The position numbers and the translations under genes are program-made. A DNA stretch of 64,000 bases, from NCBI GenBank assembly GCA_907165135.1, contig OU015566.1:12214001-12278000 (forward strand). Reading direction: 5' to 3'. Source of the stretch: Oikopleura dioica. Its lineage: Eukaryota; Animalia; Chordata. The notes under the pieces are model-generated. The model saw only the letters and a list, made by a program, of their open reading frames with translations, was not told the origin of the DNA and made no database searches. Below, piece after piece: positions 11,885-23,686 of the stretch (within the stretch, counting starts at the first letter, position 1; the number at the start of each line of letters is the position of its first letter).

Positions 11885-13406
11885 CATGATTCCTTGCGAA
11901 TGACTTCAAATATATACCTTCATATAAACCAAACCCTTTTTGCGGGTACTTTTTTGGCATGACCTTTCTACTTCTGCCAAAAAGCGGATCCAGTTTGAAA
12001 ACTTTGAAAAGTTCAAGACCTTCATCTCCGACCCAGGAAAAAAACTTGGCCAGACAAAAACTGGGCGCTGGGTATCTTTATTTTCCAATGTTTTGGAAAG
12101 CATGATTTTTCTGAGAAAAAATGTGTGATCTGGCGCCAAAACAGCTTGTTGAAACAGTTTGGCAGCCGCGGTAGTCCTCTCATCTTTACAATAAGAATTG
12201 TATAATCAAGGGATATTACTGCTTATTTTTTCTCATGTTAATTTTTTCTCAGAAATTTTGTACTACCAAAAGCTGGCACCATCTTTGCCAAGCCCGTTCT
12301 TTTTCATCCCTTTGTGGCGTCGGAACATTTTATTGTCTCCTCGCACCTCCATAAACACACACTTCTGTCCTCCCCTTGTTTTTTTCGCATTTTTGCGCCA
12401 ATATTTGGCGCAGATTTCGCCCCGCCGCCAAGGCAACTCCAAACCGACGGCGGCGTGTTCTAACAAATTTCACCTGCTGCCAGGAATTTCCATCCGACAA
12501 GGTGAGAAAAAGAAGTGGGATTTTAGAGGTCACTGCCAAATTTTTGTCGTCAGGAATAAATTTGCAGCCAATTTTAGGGGTTGCGCGGTTTAATCCTTAA
12601 TTCCTAAAGGAACCAAAACAGATGAGCTCTCATCCCTTTTCTGATCTTGTCTCTTTATGAAAACACTCTTTAACAAAGGAAAGAAAAAACATCTGATAAT
12701 CTAACTCGCGAGCAATTTTCATTTTCTCAGAAAATAATCGCTATCTTTTAATGTTTTAGAAAACACAATTTTATCAACTCCCTCGTGCATAAATTTTTGA
12801 ATTGGATTAAAAATGTGACCTTTTTATTCCCTCTTATCGCTGGTTTCCGAGGAATTCCTGTGGAGAAACATATCTTATCAGCCTTTTTTAACTGATAAAT
12901 TTCGCGAGTCGGTAGTTTTCGAAGAAAAAGACGGAAGGCAAATTTAGTGTGAAATCGGACTTTGCTGTTGAAAATTTATAAATAAATCACCCATGTAAAT
13001 TGTTCATCCTTTTTTGGCAGCGCGAAAGCTGTTCGAAGATCGTCGAAGATTTCGATTCAGTTGGGTCGATACCAAAAATCAAGCCCTTGAGAAAATGACC
13101 ACTTTTCCCGGAAATGCGGAAACTTAGGGCCTCTAAGTGCCAAATCGATAGGTGAAATTCAGATATTTTCCGCGAATTCCGGAGCCACTTGAGCAGAAGC
13201 TCAACGCACAAACGCTCGACATTTTTAAGAATTGGATGACAACAGCGGCAAATCAAAGGGTTGAAGTGAGCTCAGGGAAATTTCTGAATTGTTTTCTGAT
13301 GGTTGCATGTGGAACTTGTTCTTGTGAAATTCTCATTGTGCAAATATTTGAAACGATCTGGGCTCAAACACTTTCAGTTTAAAATTTCATCGAGGAATTG
13401 ATCTAA

Positions 13407-14605
13407 ATGTCTTCTGAAGCGAGGCCAGATTATGATGATCTTGAGTCTGAAACAGAGAGCCGCTTTACAAGGTTCGTATAAGCATGAAAACTAGCGCCTA
13501 TTCTTTAGTAATTCTCATAGCACCAGCGCATTTCTGACCGAGGAAAAATTGCAAGAATTGAAAAACGACATAAGAGTCGAAGTTCTTGAGTCGGTAAAGG
13601 ATTTCATCGCTCAGCGCGAGAAAGCATTTGATACTCTTTCGGGTTCTTATATGGAACTCAAGTCTGAGCTTGCAGCAACTAAAAACAGGTGCACTGAACT
13701 CGAGAAGAAGGTCGAAACTTTGGAATTGAAATGTCAAGAATATGACCTCAAAATGGATGAATCTACTGTTATTGTGGAAAAATTTTCTAAAGAGCACACG
13801 GAGTATCGAACTTTCTATCGAGAATCAGATGAAAAAATGAAGAATCTTATTCGCGACACTCAGTTTGGAGGCCAGAAAAATAAACTTACGACGAAGCAAC
13901 TAGATGAGATGAATAAAAAGCAGATGCTATGCATTTCAAGAGATGCAACAACTCGCAATGCAGTAACAAATGTCCACGATGTATTCCTTCTACTGAAAGT
14001 ACTGAGTAATGGCCATATTCCTGTTAATATAAAAGTAAAATTAATAATATGATAGTGCTATTGAAAAATTTTAGTTATCGAGCGCCTTTAAACTAACCAA
14101 CTACTGGACGAACGATTGGCTTTTCGAATTTGAATGGTTACCAAAAGAAACTTTCCCCTGGAATGTTTCTATCGAATGCCCAGGAGATACTTTCTATTAC
14201 CGAGTAACTTTGGTCCACTCTGTCAAGAAAAAAACAGCGAAAAAACCATTCATAACGAAGGAAATACACGAATCGTATTATAGTGGGATAGATTTTCTAA
14301 TAGGAGATGACAGAGTAAAGAGGAAATTACAATGGAACCCATTTACAGATCAAATTATGGACAGAAAGCAAAACGAAACGTTAGAAGGTTTTTCGCACAG
14401 ATGGATTCATTCGAAAGACGGCTGTTATTATCAAGGAGATGATTTTGGAGAAAATTTACTTGCAGATACGAGTTTGGAGCATTCTCTGACTATCAATTTT
14501 TGGAAAGATTCTAATCCGAAGAAGGTTTCCCGAGTAGAACGTTCGCGGAGAGCAGCTCGAGATACGACTGATTACAAATTTTTGAAACTTTATGGAGAGA
14601 ACTGA
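13407..14605 (+). CDS. Hypothetical coiled-coil protein
   Basis: ATG at 13407 (MSSEARPDYDDLESE), short GT-AG intron, 167-aa heptad-rich exon (13549-14052), further open exons to a stop at 14605. No recognised family. Confidence 0.6.
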
Positions 14606-15803
14606 AATAAACATAATAATTCATCTCGCTCTTTAAAAACACGCGGTGGATCAAAGGTTTTAGTTGAGCGCTCTAAAATTCCATCTCATGTCTTCAAAAT
14701 CCCTAATTTCAAGCCTCATCTTGTTGTTGTTTATATTTTCACAGGAAGAAATGTTCGCCTTGAAGCAGTCTTGACATTGATCAGGTGGCACGCGTTAATT
14801 ACCGGTCCGATTTTGCGGTTCAACCAGCGAAAAAATGAATGTTTCCGACGCGCCTGAGACCGGAAAAAGGGCAAACAAGCAGTTTTTGGTTCAATTTCAA
14901 TGGCATTCTTGGCTTATAAACTGTATAAGGGCAGAGCTGTCTTTTTAGAGCATCAATAAAGTTAGACAGACTTCTCGTGGAGCATTGTTGTTTCAAGAAA
15001 AGAGCATAAAATTGACTTTTCCAATATTTTGATTGTAGAAGAGTGAATTGATTTCTAGCGCTCTGAGAAAGTTCTACCCCCGAAACCCGAGTGCCAAAAT
15101 GTACACATCCGAAGCTAAAGGTCAGGAAACCAAGCCGACCAGTTTACTTTTCAGATACACAGTGTTCCGCTTGGGCGCGCGGAATGATCCCATTTCGCGG
15201 AATCCGGTCAGACCGGCTCCACTTTTTCCCGGAAAACCAGTCAAGTGCTTGTTATTCTAGCTCTTGGAGAAAGCATGCGATAAGGTAAATGTCTCCTCTT
15301 ATCTTAACTTGGTTTCCCGCCAGGTTCCGTCTCTTTCATAATTCGAGCTCATTAATCCGCGGATCAAAACAAAATCATAGCTTTTTTCGCAGAAAGTCGG
15401 CGCCAAGTTCAAAATAGGTTCTCCGGCGCGCGGCCAATTTTACAATGCGCAATTTGATTTGAATTTTTCAGGGCTTTGAATAATATTTAACTTTTGGTTT
15501 AAGTTTTCAAATTCGTGAGAAGCTTTTGATTTTGAACTTGCGCCAAAAAGGGGCCTTCATAATTGTATTTACACATAGGGGCGGCCAAAGTGAATGGGCA
15601 GGGTCAATGTCAAAGCCAGCGACTGTGAGAAGAAAGTACTAAACAAACATGTTTATCGGAATTTTTATCGGACAAATGGCTCATGATTACGGGGAGAAAA
15701 TTTTTGGGAACTCTCCAAAATTCGCGAGCTGAGCAAATTCATTTCGAATTTTATATGCTTCGGTTCAAAAAGAATATAAAGACTAAACGGCCTAACATTC
15801 AAT

Positions 15804-16036
15804 GGGGATTCCTATAATCCTAGAAAAGAATACTAAAGCCCTTCAAATTGGCTTCGTCTCAAGGGGAGAAAGGTCGAAAGTCGAAAACCTTTCCACTTTT
15901 GGAGGTTAAATTCCCCCAAAATCCAGTTTCCTAGAAAGCCCTGGTTAATTATTTAAAACCTTGAGCTCTACTCAGATACACATTTTTCCTAATATTTTTC
16001 TTTGCCAAGGCTTTGTTATTCTTTCCTAGAATCCCC
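15804..16036. repeat. Degenerate inverted repeat, probable old MITE
   Basis: GGGGATTC..CTAG(A/G)AAAGAATA..AAAGCC is present at 15804 and inverted at about 16005-16036. No clear TSD. Confidence 0.4.
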
Positions 16037-16187
16037 TTCTCTCGGCCCTGGCTTACCCAGTGATCCCCCAATTTTTCGATCCGTTTCAAGAGACCGCGCG
16101 GTTGGTTTATCAAATAATAACTTTTGTGAGTTGAACAAAAGCGTCACCTGTTTGATCCTAAAAAAGTGTTTCTAATAGTAAGATCAT

Positions 16188-16228
16188 CACGTGATCAATT
16201 GATCACGTGCGTGTTCCTCGAGCACGTG
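16188..16228. promoter_or_regulatory. E-box cluster (three CACGTG) including a perfect 22-bp palindrome
   Basis: CACGTGATCAATTGATCACGTG (16188-16209) plus CACGTG at 16223, in non-coding DNA about 2 kb upstream of the PIM gene. Confidence 0.4.
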
Positions 16229-18358
16229 ATACCGGCCGCGAACGGATTCGAATAATAGCTACCCTCATCAAAGGCGAATTAAACCCTTTTGTGGGGTTGG
16301 GCGAAAGTTGTTAAATCAAAAGTAACAAACCGGGATTTTCCGCACAGCTGTGATTGTATTGCTACATTGTTTTAGTTACAGTCGGTTGCGCTAAATAGGG
16401 TTATTTTGGGGGATTAGGAGGAAGTCTGAGTTTCCGGTAGATCTGAGCTCAATTGACTGGGCAAATTAGTATGATTATGGAGGACTTAGGAGTCCCACAA
16501 TGATAATTCTTATCAGAATAGCAGATAAGAGTCTCTTCTTTGCTGTCTAACTGTATGAAGAAAATTTTGATGGTTATATTTCAACGGGCATAAATTCGTT
16601 TCCGATCGATTCTGTCCCTATTTTTAGAGAGCAGGTTGAGCTCCTCTGGGAAATTTTCGTCGCGGGGTTTCAAAAACTATCCAAAAATTCTGAAAAAGCT
16701 TCCCACTCGGGGTCACAGCGGGCCCTGTCAACCCTTTTTTGATCTGCGCCGCGCGATTTATGACCAGGCTTAGCGGCGTTACGTGGAAGCGTTATTACAA
16801 ATCTGAACCCCCGTCTCGATATTTTCTGGGCCAAGTTTTGTTTTCGAAGGTGAATGTGTTTTGTTCAACGGGTTTTCTCTGCGGTGAGAATGGAGATGTT
16901 TGTGGTGGTGGAGATAATTTTTTCGCGGATTTTGGGCAAAATTCCGAGAAGAAGAAATATGCGTTTCCGCACAGACGCGCGCATCGCTACAAACATGCTC
17001 AAGCTCATGTTTTTTCACACTGAACATATTCTGCTTACTGTAAATACACTTATCGTTCTCACTCGTATTCCAGATTTGCTCCCAGATTGGATATGATGAG
17101 CACTAGTTGTGTTTAGGGTCGATAAAGTGACTTCCGAGGGAAAAGGCTTCACAATAGAATGATATTGATTTGAGGCAAGAGTTTCTAGGGCTAGGCTAAT
17201 TCCCCACTGTGCCACCTGTTGTTGCCCGATCGACCGGTTCTAGTAAGGAGGGATTGTCAAGTTTGCCACCTGCGGCGCGGGAAATTCTAGAGAAAGGCCC
17301 TTGAAATCCTGGCCATGTGTCGAGAGGATCCTTTCTGGGAATGGGTAGCTGGGGAGGCTTTGTTGGATAAGTTACTGTAGTCAGACAGAAGGCATCCTCT
17401 TCTAACAAAATCTTGGAAAAGGAGAGGGTTGAAATCATTGCTCTTTCAACTTCAGGAAGACCTTTAAATGCGCCTACTCTGTGACTGAATGATAAAGTAC
17501 TCGATAAACTAATCCATTATAGTTTCACTTTTGCTTGATGCCAAAGCAATAATGATTTTATGGGCTTTTGAACACGGCAATTAGCAAATTTCATTTTTAT
17601 AATTTCCGCGTGATTGGATAGTGCCCAACTCGCTCATGGCTCGCGCGTGTCAAAACTGATCAATTACTTTCCTTTTTGCACAGAGAGTTGCTCTACCGGT
17701 CGCTTTGACAGGTGGCTGGCGAGGAGAAAAGTTTGAAGAGGAAGTGCTCGAAACCGGAAGGGTGGAAGTTCTAGGCCAGTAGCAGAGTGTGACAGATTTT
17801 GATCGAGCTAATAAGCCCTAATAAGACCTTGTTAGTTTGACAACCAATGATCAGCAATTTCATTTTGCTGGAAGACGCTTAGACAATCAAAAAATTTTCC
17901 CTAATCTCAGCTCTCTCCCACAGCACTTGCTAAGTCTAAAAATATCCACCTTTCAAATTCAAACAGTCAGTTTGAAAACGGTGCAAAATGACCCCATTTA
18001 GACTTTCCTGTCATCACATACATCCGCTCAGCAGGTCCGTTTCGTCGTAATTGTGCTAAAAATACTATCCTCGGCGAACTTCAGAGCATTCATCCCCCAG
18101 CCAGTTAACGACACATGATCCGCCTCATCCTTAGTGCAACATCCTGCTTAGCGCGACGGGCGAGCGCAAAACGCGCGGACGCAACGGCGCTCCGGCGCGT
18201 TTTGTGAGGGCGCTGCGGGGAAACGAGCGCGAGCTTTAACTTTTGGATTTTCGCGGAAAATTCAGAACACATCGAGACTCTCTTGAAAGTGAAACCAACA
18301 GCTAATTTTTCAATTTTTACAAATCCCAAAACAAACAAACTTGATTCTTTTTTTGAAA

Positions 18359-19716
18359 ATGGGCAAGAGAAACATCTCACAAATATCCGACGAAGGATAC
18401 AACTCCGACCGATCAGAAAGAGCCGCAGAGACTACTACCGAGAAGATCCGAGTTTTGTCAAGAGAGAATCGAATCTTCAAGGAAAAGTATTTTGTCGAAA
18501 AAGTCATCAACAATTCCGCAAATGGCATCATCTACAAAGGTAAAGAAACCCTCATAAAATAGTCCTCACAATCTTTTTAGGCTTCAGAAAGGAGGATAAA
18601 ATCCCAGTTTGCGTGAAACAAGTCCCAAAGTCAAAAGTGGGAACATGGTCAGAAATTTCCGGACGAGTTGTTCCAAACGAGTTCAAAATGCATCTCGATG
18701 CTGAAAAGTGCGAAGGAGTCGTTCAAGTGCTTGATTGGTTTGAACGCAAATCAAGGTAATAATTGGCTTCAAGAAATCAATAATCTAATGATGAATTCTT
18801 TAGCTTCGTTTGTGTGATGGAACGACCAGAGAACTCAGTGGATTTATTCGAACTCTCCTCGCGCCTCGGTGCTTTTTCAGAAGATCCTGCGCGCATCATC
18901 TTCTCACAGATTGTCTCGACCTGCTCCAAACTGCACGAAGCTGGAATCCTCCACCGCGATATCAAAGACGAAAACATCCTCGTCGACGTCGACACCCTCG
19001 AAACAAAGATCATCGATTTCGGCTGCGCAACAACTTTCAAAAAAGACGACAAACTGACAGAAATCGCCGGCACTCCCGAGTTCTTTCCTCCCGAAGTCTA
19101 CACCACTGGCGTCTACTCTCCAGAATCCTGCACTGTCTGGAGTCTGGGAGCTCTCCTTTTTGTGATGCTTGTCGGCGACTTGCCATTTCAGACATCGGAG
19201 GAGATAACGAAACGAGTGTTTCGTTACCCGGTTCGTATAGAAAAAAAATATATGGTGAAATGAATCGAAAGTTGATCTTGAAAGCTGGATAGAAAATGCC
19301 ATTTTTCAGAACCAACGAATTGAATATCGAGGAAATTCAACCCAAGAACTTCTTCCTTATTCAAAAAGATGATTATTCTGGTAGACATGCGGAGCCAAGA
19401 ACGTCTCCTCAAGCCTACCAAAAACATTTATCAAGAAACCCTAACCCTCTTAGTACACCCTTAAATACTCCCTGCCCGAGTCCGCGTCCAAGTTCGCGTA
19501 CAGAGCCAAACCGCAGGAGTAAACCTGAACCCCCGGTGCCAAAGTAGACAACCTTCCTTGCCTATCTCATTTCACGGAACTAACTGAAAACTAATTCAGA
19601 TCACAAGCTTATCGGAAGACGCTCAAAGCCTGCTCAAGAAAATGATGTCGCTGAATCCTGCTCATCGACCAACACTTGCTCAACTCGCGGAGGATAAATG
19701 GCTCAAGACGGAGTAA
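18359..19716 (+). CDS. PIM-family Ser/Thr kinase (4 exons)
   Basis: VCVKQVPK, VVPNEF, VVQVLDWFER, PIM-type hinge MERPENSVDLF, HRDIKDENIL, IIDFGC, GTPEFFPPE, TVWSLG, GDLPF. Ends RPTLAQLAEDKWLKTE*. Confidence 0.93.
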
Positions 19717-21935
19717 CTGTCAGTAACTGAAGCTCAATAATCTATTTCTCTGAACAAACGCCTGCACATGAACAATTATCATTTCACTGCCATAATGTTC
19801 TTGCACATTTGTAAATATAATATCAAATCAGACACAAAACAAATCTTGTTTCTTTACTTATTTCGATGCAAAAACGCAGGACTAACAATCAAAAGACATT
19901 TATAAGTTAAAATAAGCAAGCTATTCTCTGTCCAAATCAAGTTTTTTAATGAAAAAATTTATATAAGACCATTATTCTGGGCATGAGAAAGCGACCGAGT
20001 TTTGAAACTGAAGAACTGATATTGTAATTTCTGCTGCTTTTTTGAACCCAGTCGGCTTCCATTTCCAACAAGTGTCTGTTTACTTTCTTTGTCGTTTGTT
20101 TTTCTGTTTGCCGCGATTTCATGCCACGGCAAAGGTTACAAAAATTGCTCAAGAATATCAATTTGAGGACTCACTGAGGCGCTTTCGGATGGGTTTCGAT
20201 AATTGGACCCAGTTTCCCTTTATGAATTAGGGGCAATAATCATTATGAGATAGGGTCATTTTCCGAAGGCTAATTGCCCGGTAAAAGTGCCTCTGATAAA
20301 AACTGGTCCAGTGGGTTTTGATCGAGCAGTTACTAATTTTGGAAAAAAGTGATCTTTTGATTGTCTTTTTTTTTTCAGTTTTTTATGCGTGTAAATCTTG
20401 GGTTTAATCGGTTTCGACGCTTCCCCAAACAGATTTTGGTTCCTAAAAATACCCACAAAAGGTGTTAGCGAAGGTTAAATTCGCTTCACCACAAGCAAAA
20501 ATCGAAAACGCTCCACCAAGTTTAAAAACGCCAAAGTTTAACATCTGGTGGTGTAAATACAAAACACCAAACTGGTGTTGAATGTAAATCGAAACATTTT
20601 CAAGTGCGTTGTGGCTCATTGATTTGATAAAATATTGAATTCAAGAGGCGAAATAATCATTATTCGCGATCGCGAAATGTTTGCTAAATAATCAGTTGCT
20701 GGATGTTTCTCCTAAAGAGGCCCTTTTGAGTGAGCACTAGAATTTATCAGATCGAGCGGATGCTAATCGATGAAGTTTTTTTTTCTTATCAAGAGTGCCT
20801 TAATCAAATTGGAGATGGATAGGGATCAAGCAAGTGGCCGACATGAGAAACAGTTTTGCGATGAAAATATGAATTATTCTGTTTCGCAAACTAGTTTTGC
20901 TTTTCATTTCTGGCGGCAAAAAAAGGACTTTTTGTTGAACAAAAAAAAGTGATCCGGATTTGCCGGAAATCGCACTCTCAATGGGGATAATCGCCTGCTT
21001 ATGGCTCTTATGGGGGTCAATAGGTCGCATAAGCGCCCTAATCTGTAGTGTCACGTGATAACATCTGAAGGTTTTGTTGTCCCGAAGAGGCAAAACAAAA
21101 GCCAGGGTTGAAAAAGCAGCATTACTTGCTTGTCAAAAGAGTAGTCAAAACCTTTGTTGAGGCCAGAAAAGCGGGATGAAAGGACAAACGAGCCGAGTGG
21201 GAAATTTAAAAAGATCAAGCCAAGCACCGGCTATGCGTACAGAAGTTTGACAGGGCAAATCTGAAAATTTTGATTTACCGCTCAGCGATGAGGGATGAGC
21301 GGAAAGGCGGAAAATTGGTGAATTTTTGATGAATATGTTTCTGTTGCTGGTTCCGTTGGGTCCCTAGCCGTCGAGAAAGAGGGACTTTTTGAGAAACTCA
21401 AAAAGGCTTTGCCAGGAAACTTTCGACTTCCAGATCTTCGAACTCGTAGAATTTCTTCTTCAGATCGTTTTGAATGTACCAAGCTGTCGCCCGTAAATCA
21501 ATTTTTTATAATTTCAACCCCTGTCCAACCCAGGGTTCCAATTCTGGCTGAGCGCTGAGCGACATCTGAGCGTGAGCGAGCGGTGAGCGAGCGAGCGATC
21601 GCTCACGCTCCGCTCACTCAACTGATTTTCATAGCGAACCGCTCAGTCGCTCGCTCGCTCAAGGCCAAAAAATATGATAGCTGAGCGAGGTTTGAGCGAG
21701 GCTGGAGCGACTTTGGAGCGAGGTTTGAGCGACGTTGGAGCGAGGTTTGAGCGCCGCTCGAGCGAGGTTTGAGCGACGCTTGAGCGAAGTTTATTACTCA
21801 CTAGCCAATTCTCCGCTCTTATTGGCCAAGATCTAAAAACTCCTTGGCGGTAAGCGAATGAATGGGGAGGATTTTAAGTCACGGATTTATTAAAAAGAGA
21901 GAATTTTAAATAAATTCTGCGAATAATTTTAACAT

Positions 21936-22403
21936 ATTGTTGCCAGCAATATACAGTTGGCGTGTTAGGTCCTTGGGTTTTCCCCGCCGTCTACAACTAT
22001 TGAGTTGGTAACAATAAAAAAATTATTTTCGCTGAAACCCACCGTCCTCAGCCAAACATTTTTTCAAAATTTAGGCTCGACTAAAAAATTGGTTTTGTTA
22101 GCTCACAATATCCAGGTGGCGTGTTAGGTCGTTGGGTTTTCCCCGCCGTCTACATCTGTTGAGTGAGTTAACATATAATATTTTTCGGTCAGCCTGATTT
22201 ATCATTGATACCCAAGCCAACCCGATAATTTATTTTTTACGAGTGCTTCCTTAGTTCTTTTTCGATTATTACAGCCATTCAACAGGTTTCTTCAACAATT
22301 AGACTAACCTCAAAAATTGGTTATGTTAACTTTCAATATCCAGTTGGCGTGTTAGGTCGTTGGGTTTTCCCCGCCGTCTACAACTGTTGAGTAGGTTAAC
22401 ATA
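21936..22403 (+). repeat. Three tandem hairpin units with a near-invariant core of about 40 nt
   Basis: GGCGTGTTAGGTC(G/C)TTGGGTTTTCCCCGCCGTCTACA at 21959, 22118 and 22346, each enclosed by a different self-complementary stem. Confidence 0.85.
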
Positions 22404-22438
22404 GAATATTTTACGGCTAGCCTGATTTTGATTATAGG

Positions 22439-22793
22439 CATGGCTGTTGATTTCGAGTCCTTTGATTTTACCCGGCACTATTTTTCCGGGCAGCCCGCAG
22501 ATTTTTCAGCGGGTTACTCGCACGGAGAGTCTTTTCACGGGCTACCCGCGCTATTTGTTTTCTCCTTTCCGCCGAGTAGCTCGCGATTACCTGCAACCCT
22601 TTTCCCGAGCCAATCAGACGGGCGAATTATCTTCATTCTTGTCGAAATTTTCACGAGTAGCTCGCGATTATCCTTTACCCATTTACTCGATTTACTCGCA
22701 CGGGTCTCCGCGCGAGTAACCCGTAGAAAAATTTGCGGGTCGCCCGGAAAAAAATGCCAGGTAAAACCAAAGGACTCGAAATCAACAGGCATG
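22439..22793. mobile_element. hAT-type MITE nested in the large hAT element
   Basis: TIR CATG(G/C)CTGTTGATTTCGAGTCCTTTG, 8-bp TSD ATTATAGG/ATTATAGA. Confidence 0.85.
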
Positions 22794-22822
22794 ATTATAG
22801 ATATAAATTGTACCGTATAATC

Positions 22823-23686
22823 CAGGCTTCTCCCGCATTTCCCAAAATCCCGTATTTCTCAAATCGCCAAATCAGGATAATCCTGAATCCGATTTTCAAT
22901 AAGGATTTCTGAGTGAAATCCTGACCCCCCTTTTTTAATAGCTCATTCGAAAGAGCGTAAAAATTACCCAAGAAAAATCCGGAAAATTTTGAAATTGTGT
23001 CGAACATGACGTCACAGCACGTGATTGAAGTTTTAAAAGTACTGGATTTCTCCTACGCCCGCATTTCTAAGTCCTCTTAGCCACCCGGGCGTGTGATACA
23101 TAAAAATGATCGTCTCGTTGAGCTCTAGGTCAGCATTTAATTTTCATCCCATTTTACAAATTCTTTCAACCCTTTTTAAATCAGCTGTATGCCGAAAATA
23201 TTGATTTTGATAAAGAAAGGTTGAGAAGGTATGAAACTAAATGCTGACCTTGAGCTCAACAAGACGATCATTTTCATGTATCATACGCCCGGATAGCCAA
23301 GAGGACTCATAAATGCGGGCGTAGGAGAAATCCGGTACTTTGGAACTTTAATCACGTGCAGTGACGTCATTTTCAATAAAACTTCAAGATTTTTTGGGTG
23401 TTTTTCGGTTAATTTTTTGAGCTCTTTCGAATGAGCTAATAAAAAAGAGAGGTCTGAATTTCACTCAGAAATCCTTATTGAAAATCGTTAATTCCGCCGA
23501 TTCAGGATTTTGGGCAAACGGCGACTTTGGCAAATGGAGACCAAACGGACATGAAATTTTAGCTGAATCCTTCATTCCTCAAAATCCTGCTTTTCTCAAT
23601 CCTCCATTTCCAAAAATCCTGAATCGGCAGAATTCTGAATTGGCGATTTGAGAAATGCGGGATTTTGGGAAATGCGGGAGCAGCGA
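22823..23686. mobile_element. Nested TIR element enclosing a ~600-bp foldback palindrome (22890-23487)
   Basis: Outer inverted repeat CTCCCGCATTTCCCAAAATCCCG..TTTCTCAAATCGCCAA. Inner diverged arms of about 280 bp starting CGATTTTCAATAAGGATTTCTGAGTGAAAT. TSDs unclear. Confidence 0.75.
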
